A stretch of 64,000 bases of DNA from an uncultured bacterium. Its GTDB lineage: Bacteria; Acidobacteriota; HRBIN11; JAKEFK01. Of this stretch, positions 38,393-48,982 are shown piece by piece (within the stretch, counting starts at the first letter, position 1; every line of letters starts with the position of its first letter). The stretch spans positions 195,775 through 259,774 of the forward strand of contig CAVZQN010000011.1 of the NCBI GenBank assembly GCA_963777505.1, in the 5' to 3' direction. The notes below the pieces were generated by a model. The model worked only from the letters and a program-made list of their open reading frames with translations, was not told the origin of the DNA and did no database searches. A program made the position numbers and the translations under genes.

Positions 38393-39280
38393 ATGAAAGC
38401 TCTACTTAGGTTCTTTGTCGCTTTATTCTTTCTGTCAATCTCATCTGCCCAGAACAAACCGCCTCAAGTGCTTCTTCGGATCGATGACAATGGAATGAAT
38501 CACGCAGTTGTTGCGGCATCAAAACAGCTTGCTGAAACTGGCATTCCTTTTTCTACATCGGTGATGTTTACATGTCCCTGGTATCAAGAAGCTGTAGATG
38601 TATTGAAACAATTTCCAAATGTTTCAGTGGGTGTGCATCTTGTGCTGAACAGTGAATGGAAGTATTACCGTTGGGGGCCGGTGTTAGGCAAAACCGCCGT
38701 GCCAAGCCTCGTAGATGGCGACGGATATTTTCTGCCTTCAACGGATGGATTTTTGGCGAGCTCATACAAGCTCGATGAGGTTGAAAAAGAATTATCGGCA
38801 CAAATAGATCGCGCAAAAAAGTCAGGATTAAAGCTGGATTATGTTGATTATCATATGTGGACGGCTATCGCGACTCCGCAACTAAGAGCGATTGTAGAAA
38901 AACTTGCCAAACAGAATCATCTTGGAATTTCCCGCTATTTCAACGAAGAGTATCAATCCATGTTTGATGTGTCACTTGAAACAAAAAGCGACGAATTTTT
39001 TAAACGTCTTCAGAATTTGCCAAATCATAAGGTGAATTTGATCGTGATGCATATTGCGCAAGATACGCCAGAGATGCAAGCACTTGTTGATATGAATAAT
39101 CCGGATCAACGTTCAGAAACAAAACCGCTGGTCGCAATGCATCGTTCAGCGGAATTGAAAATTCTGCTTTCCAAACGTTTTCAAGACCTTGTGAAAACCG
39201 GCGCGATTCAGCTGGTCACATACAGAGACATTGTAAAGACTCAGGGCTTAGATTCTATGAAGGCTCCGGAAGATGATTAG
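38393..39280 (+). CDS. YdjC/ChbG family carbohydrate deacetylase, exported
   Basis: RIDDNG, GVHLVLNSEW, DYHM; signal peptide. Confidence 0.88.
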   Translation: MKALLRFFVALFFLSISSAQNKPPQVLLRIDDNGMNHAVVAASKQLAETGIPFSTSVMFTCPWYQEAVDVLKQFPNVSVGVHLVLNSEWKYYRWGPVLGKTAVPSLVDGDGYFLPSTDGFLASSYKLDEVEKELSAQIDRAKKSGLKLDYVDYHMWTAIATPQLRAIVEKLAKQNHLGISRYFNEEYQSMFDVSLETKSDEFFKRLQNLPNHKVNLIVMHIAQDTPEMQALVDMNNPDQRSETKPLVAMHRSAELKILLSKRFQDLVKTGAIQLVTYRDIVKTQGLDSMKAPEDD

Positions 39281-40689
39281 TTGCTTTGCGTTTCCGCGGT
39301 TTGCGCTTCTAGAAATGTGCGGACGACTTCTTCGATCCCATCACGTCCGTAAATAAAAAATAATTCATTTGATCGTGGAGCGCGTCTCAAATAGTCAACT
39401 TCAGGAACGCGCGGATAATCGGGACGAAACAACAAGCCTGACATATCGCAGGTGTCCTGTTCATCAGGCGAAAGACGAAGGTCGTGCATCGATTCCAGCG
39501 CAAACAATTTTCGCAGCTGAAGGCTCCGGTTCACTGGATGTGAATATACACCTTCAATCATCATGTCATTGATTGACCAGGGCGGAAGTGACATGACTGT
39601 ACCTGCCGGACCAAAAGGATATCGATTTTTAGATGCATGATTTGTGTAAAGTAAAAATTTTGCACTCTGATTCCACTTCTCAAGCGCCTGTACAAGAGCG
39701 ACAGTCGCGTAATCGTGATCAAGATGCGTATCTAATAAGGGATGTGGAGTCACAATGATTGCCGGCTTCACTTTGCGAAGAATTTCGGTGAGATCTTCAA
39801 CCAGATGATTCCATGTATTCGTGCGGGATGATGTCGGCAGCAACTTTCCAATATTGGCGCGCCTGTAAGGCGCAACATCCTGGTTAGGTCCGTACAATTC
39901 AGGAATGACTTGATCGGGTGATTGGTACATTGTTGAAAGCTGCGCGTCAAAATATCCAAGATTGAAAGTACGTTCCGGAGGAATCTGCCCTTGCCATGGA
40001 ACTGTAACGCTATCAACAGCGCGCAAATAACCTTTCAGTAAATAATGCTCCGCTGGATCGCTTACGTTCGCGCGATAATTCATGTCTCCTGCATTGCCGG
40101 ATGTGATTGTGATAATTGTTGCATCGCGATCCGCATACAGACCGAATGCTGCGATTTCAGCATCATCAGGATGTGGGGCCAGGATTAAAATTTTGCTTCG
40201 AAGATCCAGGTTGTTTGTAAAAAGGCGCAATGTTGCTGTCGCTGCTTCGAGTGTAATGGCGTGAGTGCGGAGCTCTACGGAAGTTCCTTCAACAAGTTGT
40301 TCGCGGAGTTCGCTGAGATTGAGCCATCGATATCCTAACGCATTCCCATCCAGATAGTGCTGAATTCGCAATGTCCCCGCTGTTATTTCTATCCATGGGA
40401 TCGCTTCAGCACCCCAACTGCGAACACCTAGAAATATTGTGTCCCATTTACGTGCTGCCGGACCAGGCCATTCAAAACGCAAACCGTCAGGTGTTCGAAC
40501 GAGTTCTACTTGCTGTTCAGTGCTGCCATCCGCGGAGAAAATATAGCGATCATCAGGCACAGTTGCTTCTGGCACAGATGGGGCTGGGGGTATGTTAATC
40601 TGCTGCGGCGACGGCTCCTGCCGATCACGGGCCTGAATTGAACCTACAATTGCAAATGTTAGAAAGATCAGTATTAATACCCGGTTCAT
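39277..40689 (-). CDS. PIG-L family deacetylase, exported
   Basis: ILAPHPDDAE, HLDH; signal peptide from MNRVLIL. Confidence 0.85.
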   Translation of the reverse strand: MNRVLILIFLTFAIVGSIQARDRQEPSPQQINIPPAPSVPEATVPDDRYIFSADGSTEQQVELVRTPDGLRFEWPGPAARKWDTIFLGVRSWGAEAIPWIEITAGTLRIQHYLDGNALGYRWLNLSELREQLVEGTSVELRTHAITLEAATATLRLFTNNLDLRSKILILAPHPDDAEIAAFGLYADRDATIITITSGNAGDMNYRANVSDPAEHYLLKGYLRAVDSVTVPWQGQIPPERTFNLGYFDAQLSTMYQSPDQVIPELYGPNQDVAPYRRANIGKLLPTSSRTNTWNHLVEDLTEILRKVKPAIIVTPHPLLDTHLDHDYATVALVQALEKWNQSAKFLLYTNHASKNRYPFGPAGTVMSLPPWSINDMMIEGVYSHPVNRSLQLRKLFALESMHDLRLSPDEQDTCDMSGLLFRPDYPRVPEVDYLRRAPRSNELFFIYGRDGIEEVVRTFLEAQTAETQSN

Positions 40690-40797
40690 GAGTTGTCCCA
40701 TCATTATACCTGCGATAGAGTTGGCTATATATTTCTTCTTTGCATCGACAAACAGCGTTCTGGGATTATTTTTGATCCATAGAGTTGGAGGGCAGCC

Positions 40798-41478
40798 ATG
40801 ATTCCAATTGGTGATGATAACACCGGTCGTGTAAGAACACCCTGGGTCACTTACTTATTAATCGCGTTAAACGTAATCGCATTTTTTGTTGAAATTACAC
40901 AGCCATCCGAAGCGCAGCTTCAAAACTTTTTTGAGAAGTGGGCTGTTGTGCCCCAGGAATATGCTCAGAAGGCCGATCTACCTCCACAAGCTCCAGGTCC
41001 ATTTTGGGTTACTTTGTTCACATCCATGTTTCTCCACGGCGGATGGATGCACTTGATCGGAAACATGCTGTACTTGTGGATCTTTGGTGACAACCTTGAG
41101 GATCGATGGGGTCACGCAAAATATTTGTTTGTTTACCTTGTGTCCGGAATCATTGCGAGTCTTGCGCACATCTTCTTCAATTTATCTTCCACCATTCCAA
41201 GTTTAGGTGCGAGTGGCGCCATTTCAGGAATTCTTGGCGCATATATGGTTTTGTTTCCAAAAAATAGGATCCGCGTGTTAAGCCGAATGGGTATGGTTCA
41301 TGTTCCTGCATTGTACGTTCTGGGCATCTGGATTGTAATTCAGTTCATAAGTCAGATGAGTGCCGGTGAAGGTGCAGGCGTTGCATATTGGGCTCATATC
41401 GGCGGGTTTATTGCGGGCATTATTTTTGCCTTCTTGTTTGGACGCAAAGAAGTTGGGACAATACGTCCGGCTATTTAA
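40798..41478 (+). CDS. Rhomboid family intramembrane serine protease
   Basis: SMFLHGGWMHLIGNM, GASGA, AHIGGF. Confidence 0.95.
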   Translation: MIPIGDDNTGRVRTPWVTYLLIALNVIAFFVEITQPSEAQLQNFFEKWAVVPQEYAQKADLPPQAPGPFWVTLFTSMFLHGGWMHLIGNMLYLWIFGDNLEDRWGHAKYLFVYLVSGIIASLAHIFFNLSSTIPSLGASGAISGILGAYMVLFPKNRIRVLSRMGMVHVPALYVLGIWIVIQFISQMSAGEGAGVAYWAHIGGFIAGIIFAFLFGRKEVGTIRPAI

Positions 41479-41523
41479 ACTTTGTGCCGTTGTGATTAAA
41501 ATCATTCTTGAGGAGGGTGGTGT

Positions 41524-42108
41524 ATGCCTTTTATCCGAGTGATCCCTCACGAACAAGCAGAAGCTCCATTAAAAGAACAATATGATAACGCGTTAAAACG
41601 TGCCGGCAGGATCTGGAATATTGTTGGCATCATGAGCCAGAACCCGGCGATCATGAAAGCTTCCATCGATATTTATCTTGCGATCATGTACGGACCTTCA
41701 CCGTTAAACCGTTCACAAAGGGAAATGCTTGCAGTGGTGACATCAGCTGCAAACAAATGTATCTATTGAATACGCGCACATGCCGATGACCTCCGTGTAG
41801 AGGTTGCAAAAGATTTTGGGTGGACAGACAAGGCTTACGCAGAACAGAACATTCGTCATCTTGCAAAAAACTGGCGAAAGGCAGAACTCACTCCTGAAAA
41901 TTCTGCACTCTGCGAGTTTGCGGAAAAATTAACATTAAAACAGCATGAGATCACCCGGGAAGACGTTCAACGTCTCAAGAATCACGGTTTCGATGATCGT
42001 GCTGTTCATGATATCGCGCAGGTAGTCAGTTACTTCAACTACATCACAAGGATTGCGGATGGGCTTGGTGTAGAACAAGAGTCATTCATCCAGGAATGGG
42101 AGCTATAA
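41524..42108 (+). CDS. AhpD/CMD-like peroxidase-related selenoprotein (194 aa, Sec at TGA 41767-41769)
   Basis: NKCIY-TGA-IRAH (CxxU); frame stays open to TAA 42108 encoding FAEKLT...RLKNHGFDD...YFNYITRIADGLG. Confidence 0.9.
41785..41808 (+). promoter_or_regulatory. Candidate bacterial SECIS hairpin
   Basis: TGACCTC-CGTGTA-GAGGTTG stem-loop starting about 17 nt after the in-frame TGA, G/GT in the loop. Confidence 0.7.
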
Positions 42109-42115
42109 TGTGTCC

Positions 42116-42697
42116 ATGTTAAAACTTCCAAAACAAACTTTCCTGATAGCGATACTGGTTTTAATGTCTCTACCAATGCTGGCAATTTCAGCCGTTAAAG
42201 ATGATTTGCGTGAGAGGTGTCTGGCTGCGATTGAAAGCAGTGGAGTCGATGCAAAACGCAGCGAATTAAAAGCGACAGTGATGGACCTTCCGGGCGGAAA
42301 GTACATGTTTGAGTTTAAAGATGCAGCAGGGGGATCATTCTTTTGTGATATTTGTGAAGATAACAATCCTAAAGTTCAATGCAGTACCATCGGTCTCAGG
42401 TTAATGTATCGGCCTAAGGATGGTGAAGCGGACGATCTTCCAGCTGAGCTGGACAAAAAATGCACGTATTTTCTGCAAAAAGAATTATCCGAAAACAAAA
42501 GCGGAATGGACGTCAATCACGAACTAGTAAAGCGCGTCTCAATCAATCCTGCCCATACTGATACTCGATGGGTTTACAAGATGGGTCTCGATGGGGAAGA
42601 GTTTCAGTGCGTCATCCGCAAGAGTGACGGTACTTTCAGGGTTGAGCGGAAACAAGGCGAGGATTGGCGGCCGCTTGCCGCAGGAACGTTATTTTAA
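42116..42697 (+). CDS. Exported Cys-containing hypothetical protein
   Basis: Signal peptide; TATAAT 6 nt before ATG 42116. Confidence 0.75.
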   Translation: MLKLPKQTFLIAILVLMSLPMLAISAVKDDLRERCLAAIESSGVDAKRSELKATVMDLPGGKYMFEFKDAAGGSFFCDICEDNNPKVQCSTIGLRLMYRPKDGEADDLPAELDKKCTYFLQKELSENKSGMDVNHELVKRVSINPAHTDTRWVYKMGLDGEEFQCVIRKSDGTFRVERKQGEDWRPLAAGTLF

Positions 42698-42715
42698 TCT
42701 CAAAGGAGTAATACT

Positions 42716-43246
42716 ATGTTAATAGTACTATTTGTAGCTATGGCTTTTGCTGCTCCGTTGCAGAAAGACCGGTGTGCACCCGCCGATCATGAGCCTACCT
42801 CCGATATGGTGTGTGTCAATCGCAACGGTCACTGCGCTGTCATCACGGTAGAGAATCAGACCACGGTTCCTCTATCGGATGAATCCGTTGCATCAAAAAT
42901 TCATGCAATCAAACACGGTGAAGATGTCTGCTGGCAATTAAAAACACCCGTTTCTACAAAATTCCAAGTGAGTGCAAAACCTGGCGGAGTCAATCCTAAA
43001 TTTTTGGGAAATGTTCAGGGTATCCAGGTCAATCTATACCATTTAGATGATTATGATCCTGCAGTGGATAGTCGTTTGGATTCATTGAATGGTGTATCGA
43101 TGGAGCCCGCAGGCGCAGGTGTGTGGCAACTGAAATCAGAAAACAAATTGCCTGCCGGTGAATATGTAGCCGTATTCCGTTTGGATGGGACCAATAATTG
43201 GGATAAACAGGCTGTGCTGCTGAAATTAGATCCGGGAATCAAATAG
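42716..43246 (+). CDS. Exported hypothetical protein
   Basis: AAGGAG SD, short signal peptide, four Cys. Confidence 0.75.
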   Translation: MLIVLFVAMAFAAPLQKDRCAPADHEPTSDMVCVNRNGHCAVITVENQTTVPLSDESVASKIHAIKHGEDVCWQLKTPVSTKFQVSAKPGGVNPKFLGNVQGIQVNLYHLDDYDPAVDSRLDSLNGVSMEPAGAGVWQLKSENKLPAGEYVAVFRLDGTNNWDKQAVLLKLDPGIK

Positions 43247-43308
43247 CTCAACCGCCAAGACGCCAAGAAAAAAAGAAAAATAAACTCGGCGCACTCGGCG
43301 TTAAAAAA

Positions 43309-44331
43309 TTATTTGATTCCGACGACCATTGAGTCAGGGCCGGCGAGGTGTTCTACGCGAGTGTTGCGGAATCCGGCTTCTTTCATCCATCCGCTGCAAT
43401 CAGCGCCTGTAAAGTCAAAGCCTCCACGGGTTTCAATTAACATATTCAAACTCATTAATAATCCGAACGTATTTGTGCGACGTTCATCATCAATGATCGC
43501 TTCACATACGATGAATGCTCCACCGGAAGGCAGTGCATCGTAAGCCTTCTTAATCAACATCTTTTTTTCTTCCAGGTTCCAGTCATGCAAAATGTGGCCC
43601 ATGATGATCACATCCGCGGCAGGCAAAGGATCTTCAAAAAAGCTCCCGGACTTAAAACGTAACCGGTCGCTCAAGCCAAAAGATGCAACATACTCTTCGA
43701 ATATCGGTCCGACAACAGGAAGATCGAAATTGAAACCGTTCAGGTGTTTATGTTCCAGCGCAAGTTGAACAGCGACACCTCCTTGAGCGCCACCAACATC
43801 GACAAAGCTGCGATATTCTTTCCATGGGAATTGTTTCGCTAACGCTCTTCCAATTCCCATACTCAGACCTGTCATTGCCGAAAGGAATTGTCGTAATCTG
43901 GCAGGATCAGAATAAAGAGTGTCAAACAAATCTCCACCCGTCTTCGCCTCATTTTGAGGTTCACCAGTGCGCAGGCCTTCTGTTAAGTTGTTCCAGAATC
44001 CAAAAAGACGCGCATTACACATTTCTAACATTCCGCCGAGATAGCTTGGCTTCGCACGATCTAGAAAGAGATCGGTTTCAGGTGTGTTTGAATATAAATC
44101 GCCATTTCTTTGTAACATTCCTAATGCCACTAGAGCATCAAGAAAATCTCCTATTGAACGATGATGTAACTTGAAGTCCTCTAAGATGGCTTGTTGTGAT
44201 GCAGGACCCTTTGCTAATTTCGTAAAAAGGCCTAATTCAATCGCACTCAAAAGAACTTTCGATCCCCAGAAACCAATTCCAAGTTTAATAATGGAATCGG
44301 GTGTCATTTCTTGATTCAAAGCTTCCTCCAC
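43309..44331 (-). CDS. SAM-dependent O-methyltransferase (Methyltransf_2 with dimerisation domain)
   Basis: [21 protein letters not shown]. Confidence 0.92.
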   Translation of the reverse strand: MEEALNQEMTPDSIIKLGIGFWGSKVLLSAIELGLFTKLAKGPASQQAILEDFKLHHRSIGDFLDALVALGMLQRNGDLYSNTPETDLFLDRAKPSYLGGMLEMCNARLFGFWNNLTEGLRTGEPQNEAKTGGDLFDTLYSDPARLRQFLSAMTGLSMGIGRALAKQFPWKEYRSFVDVGGAQGGVAVQLALEHKHLNGFNFDLPVVGPIFEEYVASFGLSDRLRFKSGSFFEDPLPAADVIIMGHILHDWNLEEKKMLIKKAYDALPSGGAFIVCEAIIDDERRTNTFGLLMSLNMLIETRGGFDFTGADCSGWMKEAGFRNTRVEHLAGPDSMVVGIK

Positions 44332-44383
44332 TCTCTGTTTATTTTTGGCAGATTGTTATTCTAACAGTTCTTTGATGGAGGAA

Positions 44384-44408
44384 GTAGGGGCGGCCTTTGT
44401 GGCCGCCC
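44384..44408. repeat. GTAG-type REP hairpin (also 49113-49137, variant at about 61498)
   Basis: GTAGGGGCGGCCTTTGTGGCCGCCC versus GTAGGGGCGACCCTTGTGGTCGCCC (compensatory change). Confidence 0.85.
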
Positions 44409-44415
44409 CGAAGAA

Positions 44416-45549
44416 CTAACTACCTGGGATTACGATGGCCGATAATCCATACACGAATTTACTACCTGGCTGAATAATCGGATCACTGCAGGAAAGAAGA
44501 GTACTAAATCCGGAATTTTTCTTTCCAGTTTCCGCATTGAAATGAAAAGCTTTCAATGAAGTCGATCGACATGAGTTTGTTTGCTCAACATAAAATACAT
44601 GCGCTCCGCCGTTCGCTTTGGCGTTGTTTGTTGAGACCGCTGTTTGTTCTATAGCTGTTGTAAACATGTTAAAGAAGACAACGGTTCCTAATAAATCAGC
44701 CTGTTTTGCAGGAACCAGTATTACTGAATTTCCAACAGGTCTTGCTGTTTGCCGATCGATCTTTTGAGCTTTCAACACAACTCTTGTAGCCGCAGAAGGA
44801 GAATTTGTTTCTGAAGCCAATCTTTCAACAAACATAAGAAAGAAAAAATTTTCAGGATCCGGATCAAGAAACGCATCAATAAGATCCACTGAAACGACTT
44901 CACTTAAAAAAAGGCCAAAAAGTGGATTGTCCAATGTTTCCCCATAGATGGCAAATGCGTATTCGTCTCGTGCTATGACGTACCCAAGGCTAAAGAACTC
45001 TTCATCGCCTACAGTCGGGTTATTCCGGTTGTTTGCGACGACTGGCCGTCTGCCGAAACTGGTATCAATCGGATCGAATCCTGGAGGAATATTAAATAAT
45101 TTGCCTTGGGAGCCGCCCATGTTTCCATTTGAGGCTCTGGAACGAAGTATCACATTGTTGGTGGAATCAATTGAGAACTGATCGCCATCGGGAAGGATGT
45201 TGAAGTTGAAGAACGATGTTAAAACAGGTGGATTTTTCTTGATAGCGCCAACTGCATCAAGTCCTGAACCCAACGTCATGCTGAACGCCTTAATTTTGTT
45301 CGTTGTGTCCCGTTGGTTCCATGCCAGCTGATAATTTCCACCTTGAAGCGGTGCAAGTGCAGTAAGGCCACCCGGGCTGGTCAGATTAAAAGTGGCGCGA
45401 TCAACAACAGTGTATTTATTGTTGGCAAAATTAACCTTGAGTACCACGAGTTTGCTATCAGTGGTATGAAAGGCAACGAGAATATCCTCGGCAGAACAGA
45501 ATGTGCACGCAAAGAGAACGATGAACAGCACAAATAGGATCGAACGCAT
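44416..45549 (-). CDS. Exported beta-rich hypothetical protein
   Basis: AGGAGGAG SD, signal peptide MRSILFVLF. Confidence 0.75.
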   Translation of the reverse strand: MRSILFVLFIVLFACTFCSAEDILVAFHTTDSKLVVLKVNFANNKYTVVDRATFNLTSPGGLTALAPLQGGNYQLAWNQRDTTNKIKAFSMTLGSGLDAVGAIKKNPPVLTSFFNFNILPDGDQFSIDSTNNVILRSRASNGNMGGSQGKLFNIPPGFDPIDTSFGRRPVVANNRNNPTVGDEEFFSLGYVIARDEYAFAIYGETLDNPLFGLFLSEVVSVDLIDAFLDPDPENFFFLMFVERLASETNSPSAATRVVLKAQKIDRQTARPVGNSVILVPAKQADLLGTVVFFNMFTTAIEQTAVSTNNAKANGGAHVFYVEQTNSCRSTSLKAFHFNAETGKKNSGFSTLLSCSDPIIQPGSKFVYGLSAIVIPGS

Positions 45550-45715
45550 AACTCCTCCTAGAAGGTACATTCCCCTTCATTAGGTCATTACGCATTTCGA
45601 TCCAAAATCACGCCAAAAATAATTTCCTCGTCGAGATCCCGCTTGTTCTTCGTTATGTCCCACACCCAACCTTTTTGTTTGCCGAACGCGGTCAAAATGT
45701 TATTATTCGATGCTT

Positions 45716-47764
45716 ATGAAAAAGACATTTCACGTATTTCTTGCTCTTTCTTTCGTTCTTCCAGCCGCGATCCAATCGCCGGAAGCTGCTGAAATAACTG
45801 ACGCTTCAACGTATCTCGATCAATTTGTCGATCGTTCAGTTGACCCGGGTGAAGATTTTTTCCGCTTTTCAGTAGGGAAATGGATTCAAAACAATCCAAT
45901 CCCTTCGAATGAAAATTCCTGGGGAATTGGCCGTGTTGTTTATGAAGAAACGTACCAGCGTGTTTTGAAGATTAACGAAGAAGCTTCCGCAGATCCAAAC
46001 GCTACAAAAGGTACCAATGCACAAAAGATCGGTGATTTTTGGTACACAGCAATGGATACCAAAACGATTGAAGAACAAGGAATCGCGCCGTTAAAAGAAG
46101 AGTTTGATCGCATTGATGCAGTTCATGACAGACAGAGCCTTCTGGATACGATCGCACGGCTGAAATACATTGGCGTTGCCGCGTTGTTTAGCCCGGCGAT
46201 TTTCCAGGATGAAAAGAACAGCGAGAAATTTGCACTCCATCTTTATCAAGGCGGAATCGGTCTACCGGAACGCGATTATTATTTCGAAACCGATGAACGA
46301 ACGACGAAGATCCGTTCGGAATACGCGAAGCATCTTGCGAAGATGTTTGAACTGCTTGGCGATGATACAGCGACCGCGAAAAAGAATTCAGATACGGTCC
46401 TACGGATGGAAACAGATCTTGCGAAAGCCTCCCGTAAACTCGAAGCGCTGCGCGACGCACAGGCAAATTACAACGCGATGAAAGTCAGCGAACTTAAGAC
46501 CCTGACACCATCCCTGGATTGGAAAGATTTTTTCGCGAAAGGGAATATTCACAATTTAGATTCGGTCATTGTAGGACAGCCTGAATTCTTTAAGCAGGTG
46601 GAAGATTCGATTCAGAAAGAGAGTATTGAAAACTGGAAAGCATATTTGCGATGGCATTTGATCAATGCATATGCGGACAAGCTTAGCGATCGTTTCGATG
46701 CGCAAGATTTTTATTTTTATGGCACGATTCTGAACGGAACACCCGAGCAACGGCCGCGCTGGAAGCGGATGTTGGACCAGGAAGAAAGTTACTTAGGGTT
46801 TGCACTCGGCCAATTGTATGTAACACGTCACTTCTCGGCCAAAACAAAAGCACGGTACGAAAAACTTACGGATGAAATTTTTGCAGCATTTCGTGAACGG
46901 ATCAAAAAGCTGGAATGGATGACGGAAGAAACAAAACAAGCATCCCTGAGAAAATTGAGCTCCGTAACCAAGAAGGTGGGATATCCCGAAAAATGGCGAG
47001 ATTATTCCAAATACGAAATTGATCGTAGTTCGTTTGCAGCAAATTGTTTGAAAGGAAATATTTGGAAAAGCGAATACGCGATTGCAAAACTTTCCCGGCC
47101 CGTTGATCGCACCGAATGGCAGATGACTCCGCAGACTTACAACGCGTACTACAATCCAGGGAACAATGAAATCGTTCTACCGGCTGCGATTTTTATTTTG
47201 CCTGGAATTGAAGATGAATATGTTGATGATGCAATCGTTTATGCTTACGCCGGTGGAACTACAATCGGGCATGAGCTTGTTCACGGATTTGATGATCAAG
47301 GCCGTCAGTTCGATGAAAAAGGAAATTTAAAAAACTGGTGGAATAAGCAAGACGAAGAAGAATTTAAGAAGCGCGCAAAAGTGATCATCGAACAATTTAA
47401 TGGATACATTGCAGTGGATGATCTGCCTGTCAATGGAGATGCAACGCAAGGGGAGAATATTGCTGATCTCGGTGGCATCCTTGTTGGATGGGAGGCATTC
47501 AAGAAAACGGAGCAATATAAGAGCGGCAAAAAGATCGGCGGGTTTACTCCAGCCCAACGTTACTTCATCGGCTGGACAATTGGTTGGATGAACAACATTC
47601 GTCCTGAAAATCTTGCTCTGCGCGTGAAAACTGACGTACATGCGCCAAGCTTTTTGCGCGTTAATGGTCCAGTATCCAATATGACTGAATTTTATGAAGC
47701 TTTTGAAGTGAAACCAGGCGAAAAAATGTACAGAGATGAAAAACGTCGCGTTCGTATCTGGTGA
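45716..47764 (+). CDS. M13 (neprilysin/PepO-like) metalloendopeptidase
   Basis: NAYYNP, GHELVHGFDDQG, GENIADLGG, HAP. Confidence 0.95.
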   Translation: MKKTFHVFLALSFVLPAAIQSPEAAEITDASTYLDQFVDRSVDPGEDFFRFSVGKWIQNNPIPSNENSWGIGRVVYEETYQRVLKINEEASADPNATKGTNAQKIGDFWYTAMDTKTIEEQGIAPLKEEFDRIDAVHDRQSLLDTIARLKYIGVAALFSPAIFQDEKNSEKFALHLYQGGIGLPERDYYFETDERTTKIRSEYAKHLAKMFELLGDDTATAKKNSDTVLRMETDLAKASRKLEALRDAQANYNAMKVSELKTLTPSLDWKDFFAKGNIHNLDSVIVGQPEFFKQVEDSIQKESIENWKAYLRWHLINAYADKLSDRFDAQDFYFYGTILNGTPEQRPRWKRMLDQEESYLGFALGQLYVTRHFSAKTKARYEKLTDEIFAAFRERIKKLEWMTEETKQASLRKLSSVTKKVGYPEKWRDYSKYEIDRSSFAANCLKGNIWKSEYAIAKLSRPVDRTEWQMTPQTYNAYYNPGNNEIVLPAAIFILPGIEDEYVDDAIVYAYAGGTTIGHELVHGFDDQGRQFDEKGNLKNWWNKQDEEEFKKRAKVIIEQFNGYIAVDDLPVNGDATQGENIADLGGILVGWEAFKKTEQYKSGKKIGGFTPAQRYFIGWTIGWMNNIRPENLALRVKTDVHAPSFLRVNGPVSNMTEFYEAFEVKPGEKMYRDEKRRVRIW

Positions 47765-47770
47765 TAAATC

Positions 47771-47877
47771 TTTGTAGTAAGGCACGCGGCGAATTGCCGG
47801 AGGCAGATGAGGCAGTGCCGTGTTAGTAAAGCTCACGGCACTGCTTCGCTAACGCTCAGCTGCGTGCTTACTACAAA
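47771..47877. repeat. REP doublet (REPIN-like long hairpin); second copy begins at 63955
   Basis: TTTGTAGTAAGGCACGC...GCAGTGCCGTG...CACGGCACTGC...GCGTGCTTACTACAAA. Confidence 0.85.
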
Positions 47878-47879
47878 AT

Positions 47880-48713
47880 TTATTTCTTCAAAGGCGTTTT
47901 CGAAAAGCCGTCAATAGCTTTCATCAAATTTGCTGTCAGAATTTCCAACGCCTTTCTCCCTTTCTCTGCTGATGCTTTTGTGGGATCACCGGTTAATCCT
48001 GTGGCCGAATAGTCTGGATCTTCAGGATCCACAGAATACAACCCGGGCTGATAGCCGGGATAATCTTTCGGCGGACGCTGGCCATAATCGACAACTGCTT
48101 TATTCATCTGAACAAGTTCAGGCTGAAGAAAAAGATTGATTGAAGTTTCCATTTCGTCAGCATGTCCACCGTACTTTTGTTCCTGAAGTGCGTCATATTG
48201 CGCATCTTCAAGGTCATCCCACGAAATAACCAGCGTTGGAACGCCTGTCTCATTTCGAATTTCTCGCGCAGCCAATGAAATCGGCAACCCGGTTGAGCGT
48301 GAAATCCCTGTGTTCAAAAAAAGAATCCGTTTAGCTCCGTGGTTCGCCAAAGACTTCGCAACAAGAAAAACATAACGTACGAAGACATCGCTCTCCGAGA
48401 TTTCAGTTCCGGGGAATTGTCTGAAAGCAGGAAACCATCCGTGTTGAATTGGAGGTGCAACAATCACGGAATGGGATTCGACAGCTTTTTTGCATAGATA
48501 TTCAACGACTTTGAAGTCCGCATTCATTGGAAGATGCGGTCCATGTTCCTTGGCTCCAGCCCCAAAAGGCACGATGACAACCGGCGCTTTTTGCAGCCAC
48601 TCTTTTGCCTCAGGCCATGTGAGGTTGCCGAGATACGCCCCTTGTTCAGCAGAATAAATATGATGCGCTTGAAATAAAGCTATGATCAGAATAAGGACAC
48701 GGAAAGTAGACAT
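47880..48713 (-). CDS. Creatininase family protein
   Basis: LTWPEA, EHGPHLP, FPGT, GHADEMETS, GDPTKASAEKG. Confidence 0.9.
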   Translation of the reverse strand: MSTFRVLILIIALFQAHHIYSAEQGAYLGNLTWPEAKEWLQKAPVVIVPFGAGAKEHGPHLPMNADFKVVEYLCKKAVESHSVIVAPPIQHGWFPAFRQFPGTEISESDVFVRYVFLVAKSLANHGAKRILFLNTGISRSTGLPISLAAREIRNETGVPTLVISWDDLEDAQYDALQEQKYGGHADEMETSINLFLQPELVQMNKAVVDYGQRPPKDYPGYQPGLYSVDPEDPDYSATGLTGDPTKASAEKGRKALEILTANLMKAIDGFSKTPLKK

Positions 48714-48757
48714 GATGCACCGCCTCCATGTTGTGATGCATCCATCTTAACCGCTAA

Positions 48758-48982
48758 TTATTTTTTCTTGGAGCTTTTCCGCTTTTTCTTAGGGACTTTA
48801 ACTCCATCCTTTCTTGCCTTGGATAAGCCAATTGCGATCGCTTGTTTTTTGGATTTGATTTTGTGTTTGCCGCTTCGTTTGTGATGCATTTCTTCGCGCA
48901 CATATTCACCGGCTTGTGTTGATGCTTTATTCCCGCGTCGTTTACTTGCCGCCGCTTTCTTCTTTGTTTTCTTTTCGGGCAT
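48758..48982 (-). CDS. Small basic DUF6496-like protein
   Basis: EEMHHKRSGKHKIKSKKQAIAIGLSKAR. Confidence 0.8.
   Translation of the reverse strand: MPEKKTKKKAAASKRRGNKASTQAGEYVREEMHHKRSGKHKIKSKKQAIAIGLSKARKDGVKVPKKKRKSSKKK

Noticed and set aside
45600-45617. Sigma54 promoter for the 45549 gene (TTGGCGTGATTTTGGA, minus strand)
   Set aside because: The -12 element is GA rather than GC; too weak to call
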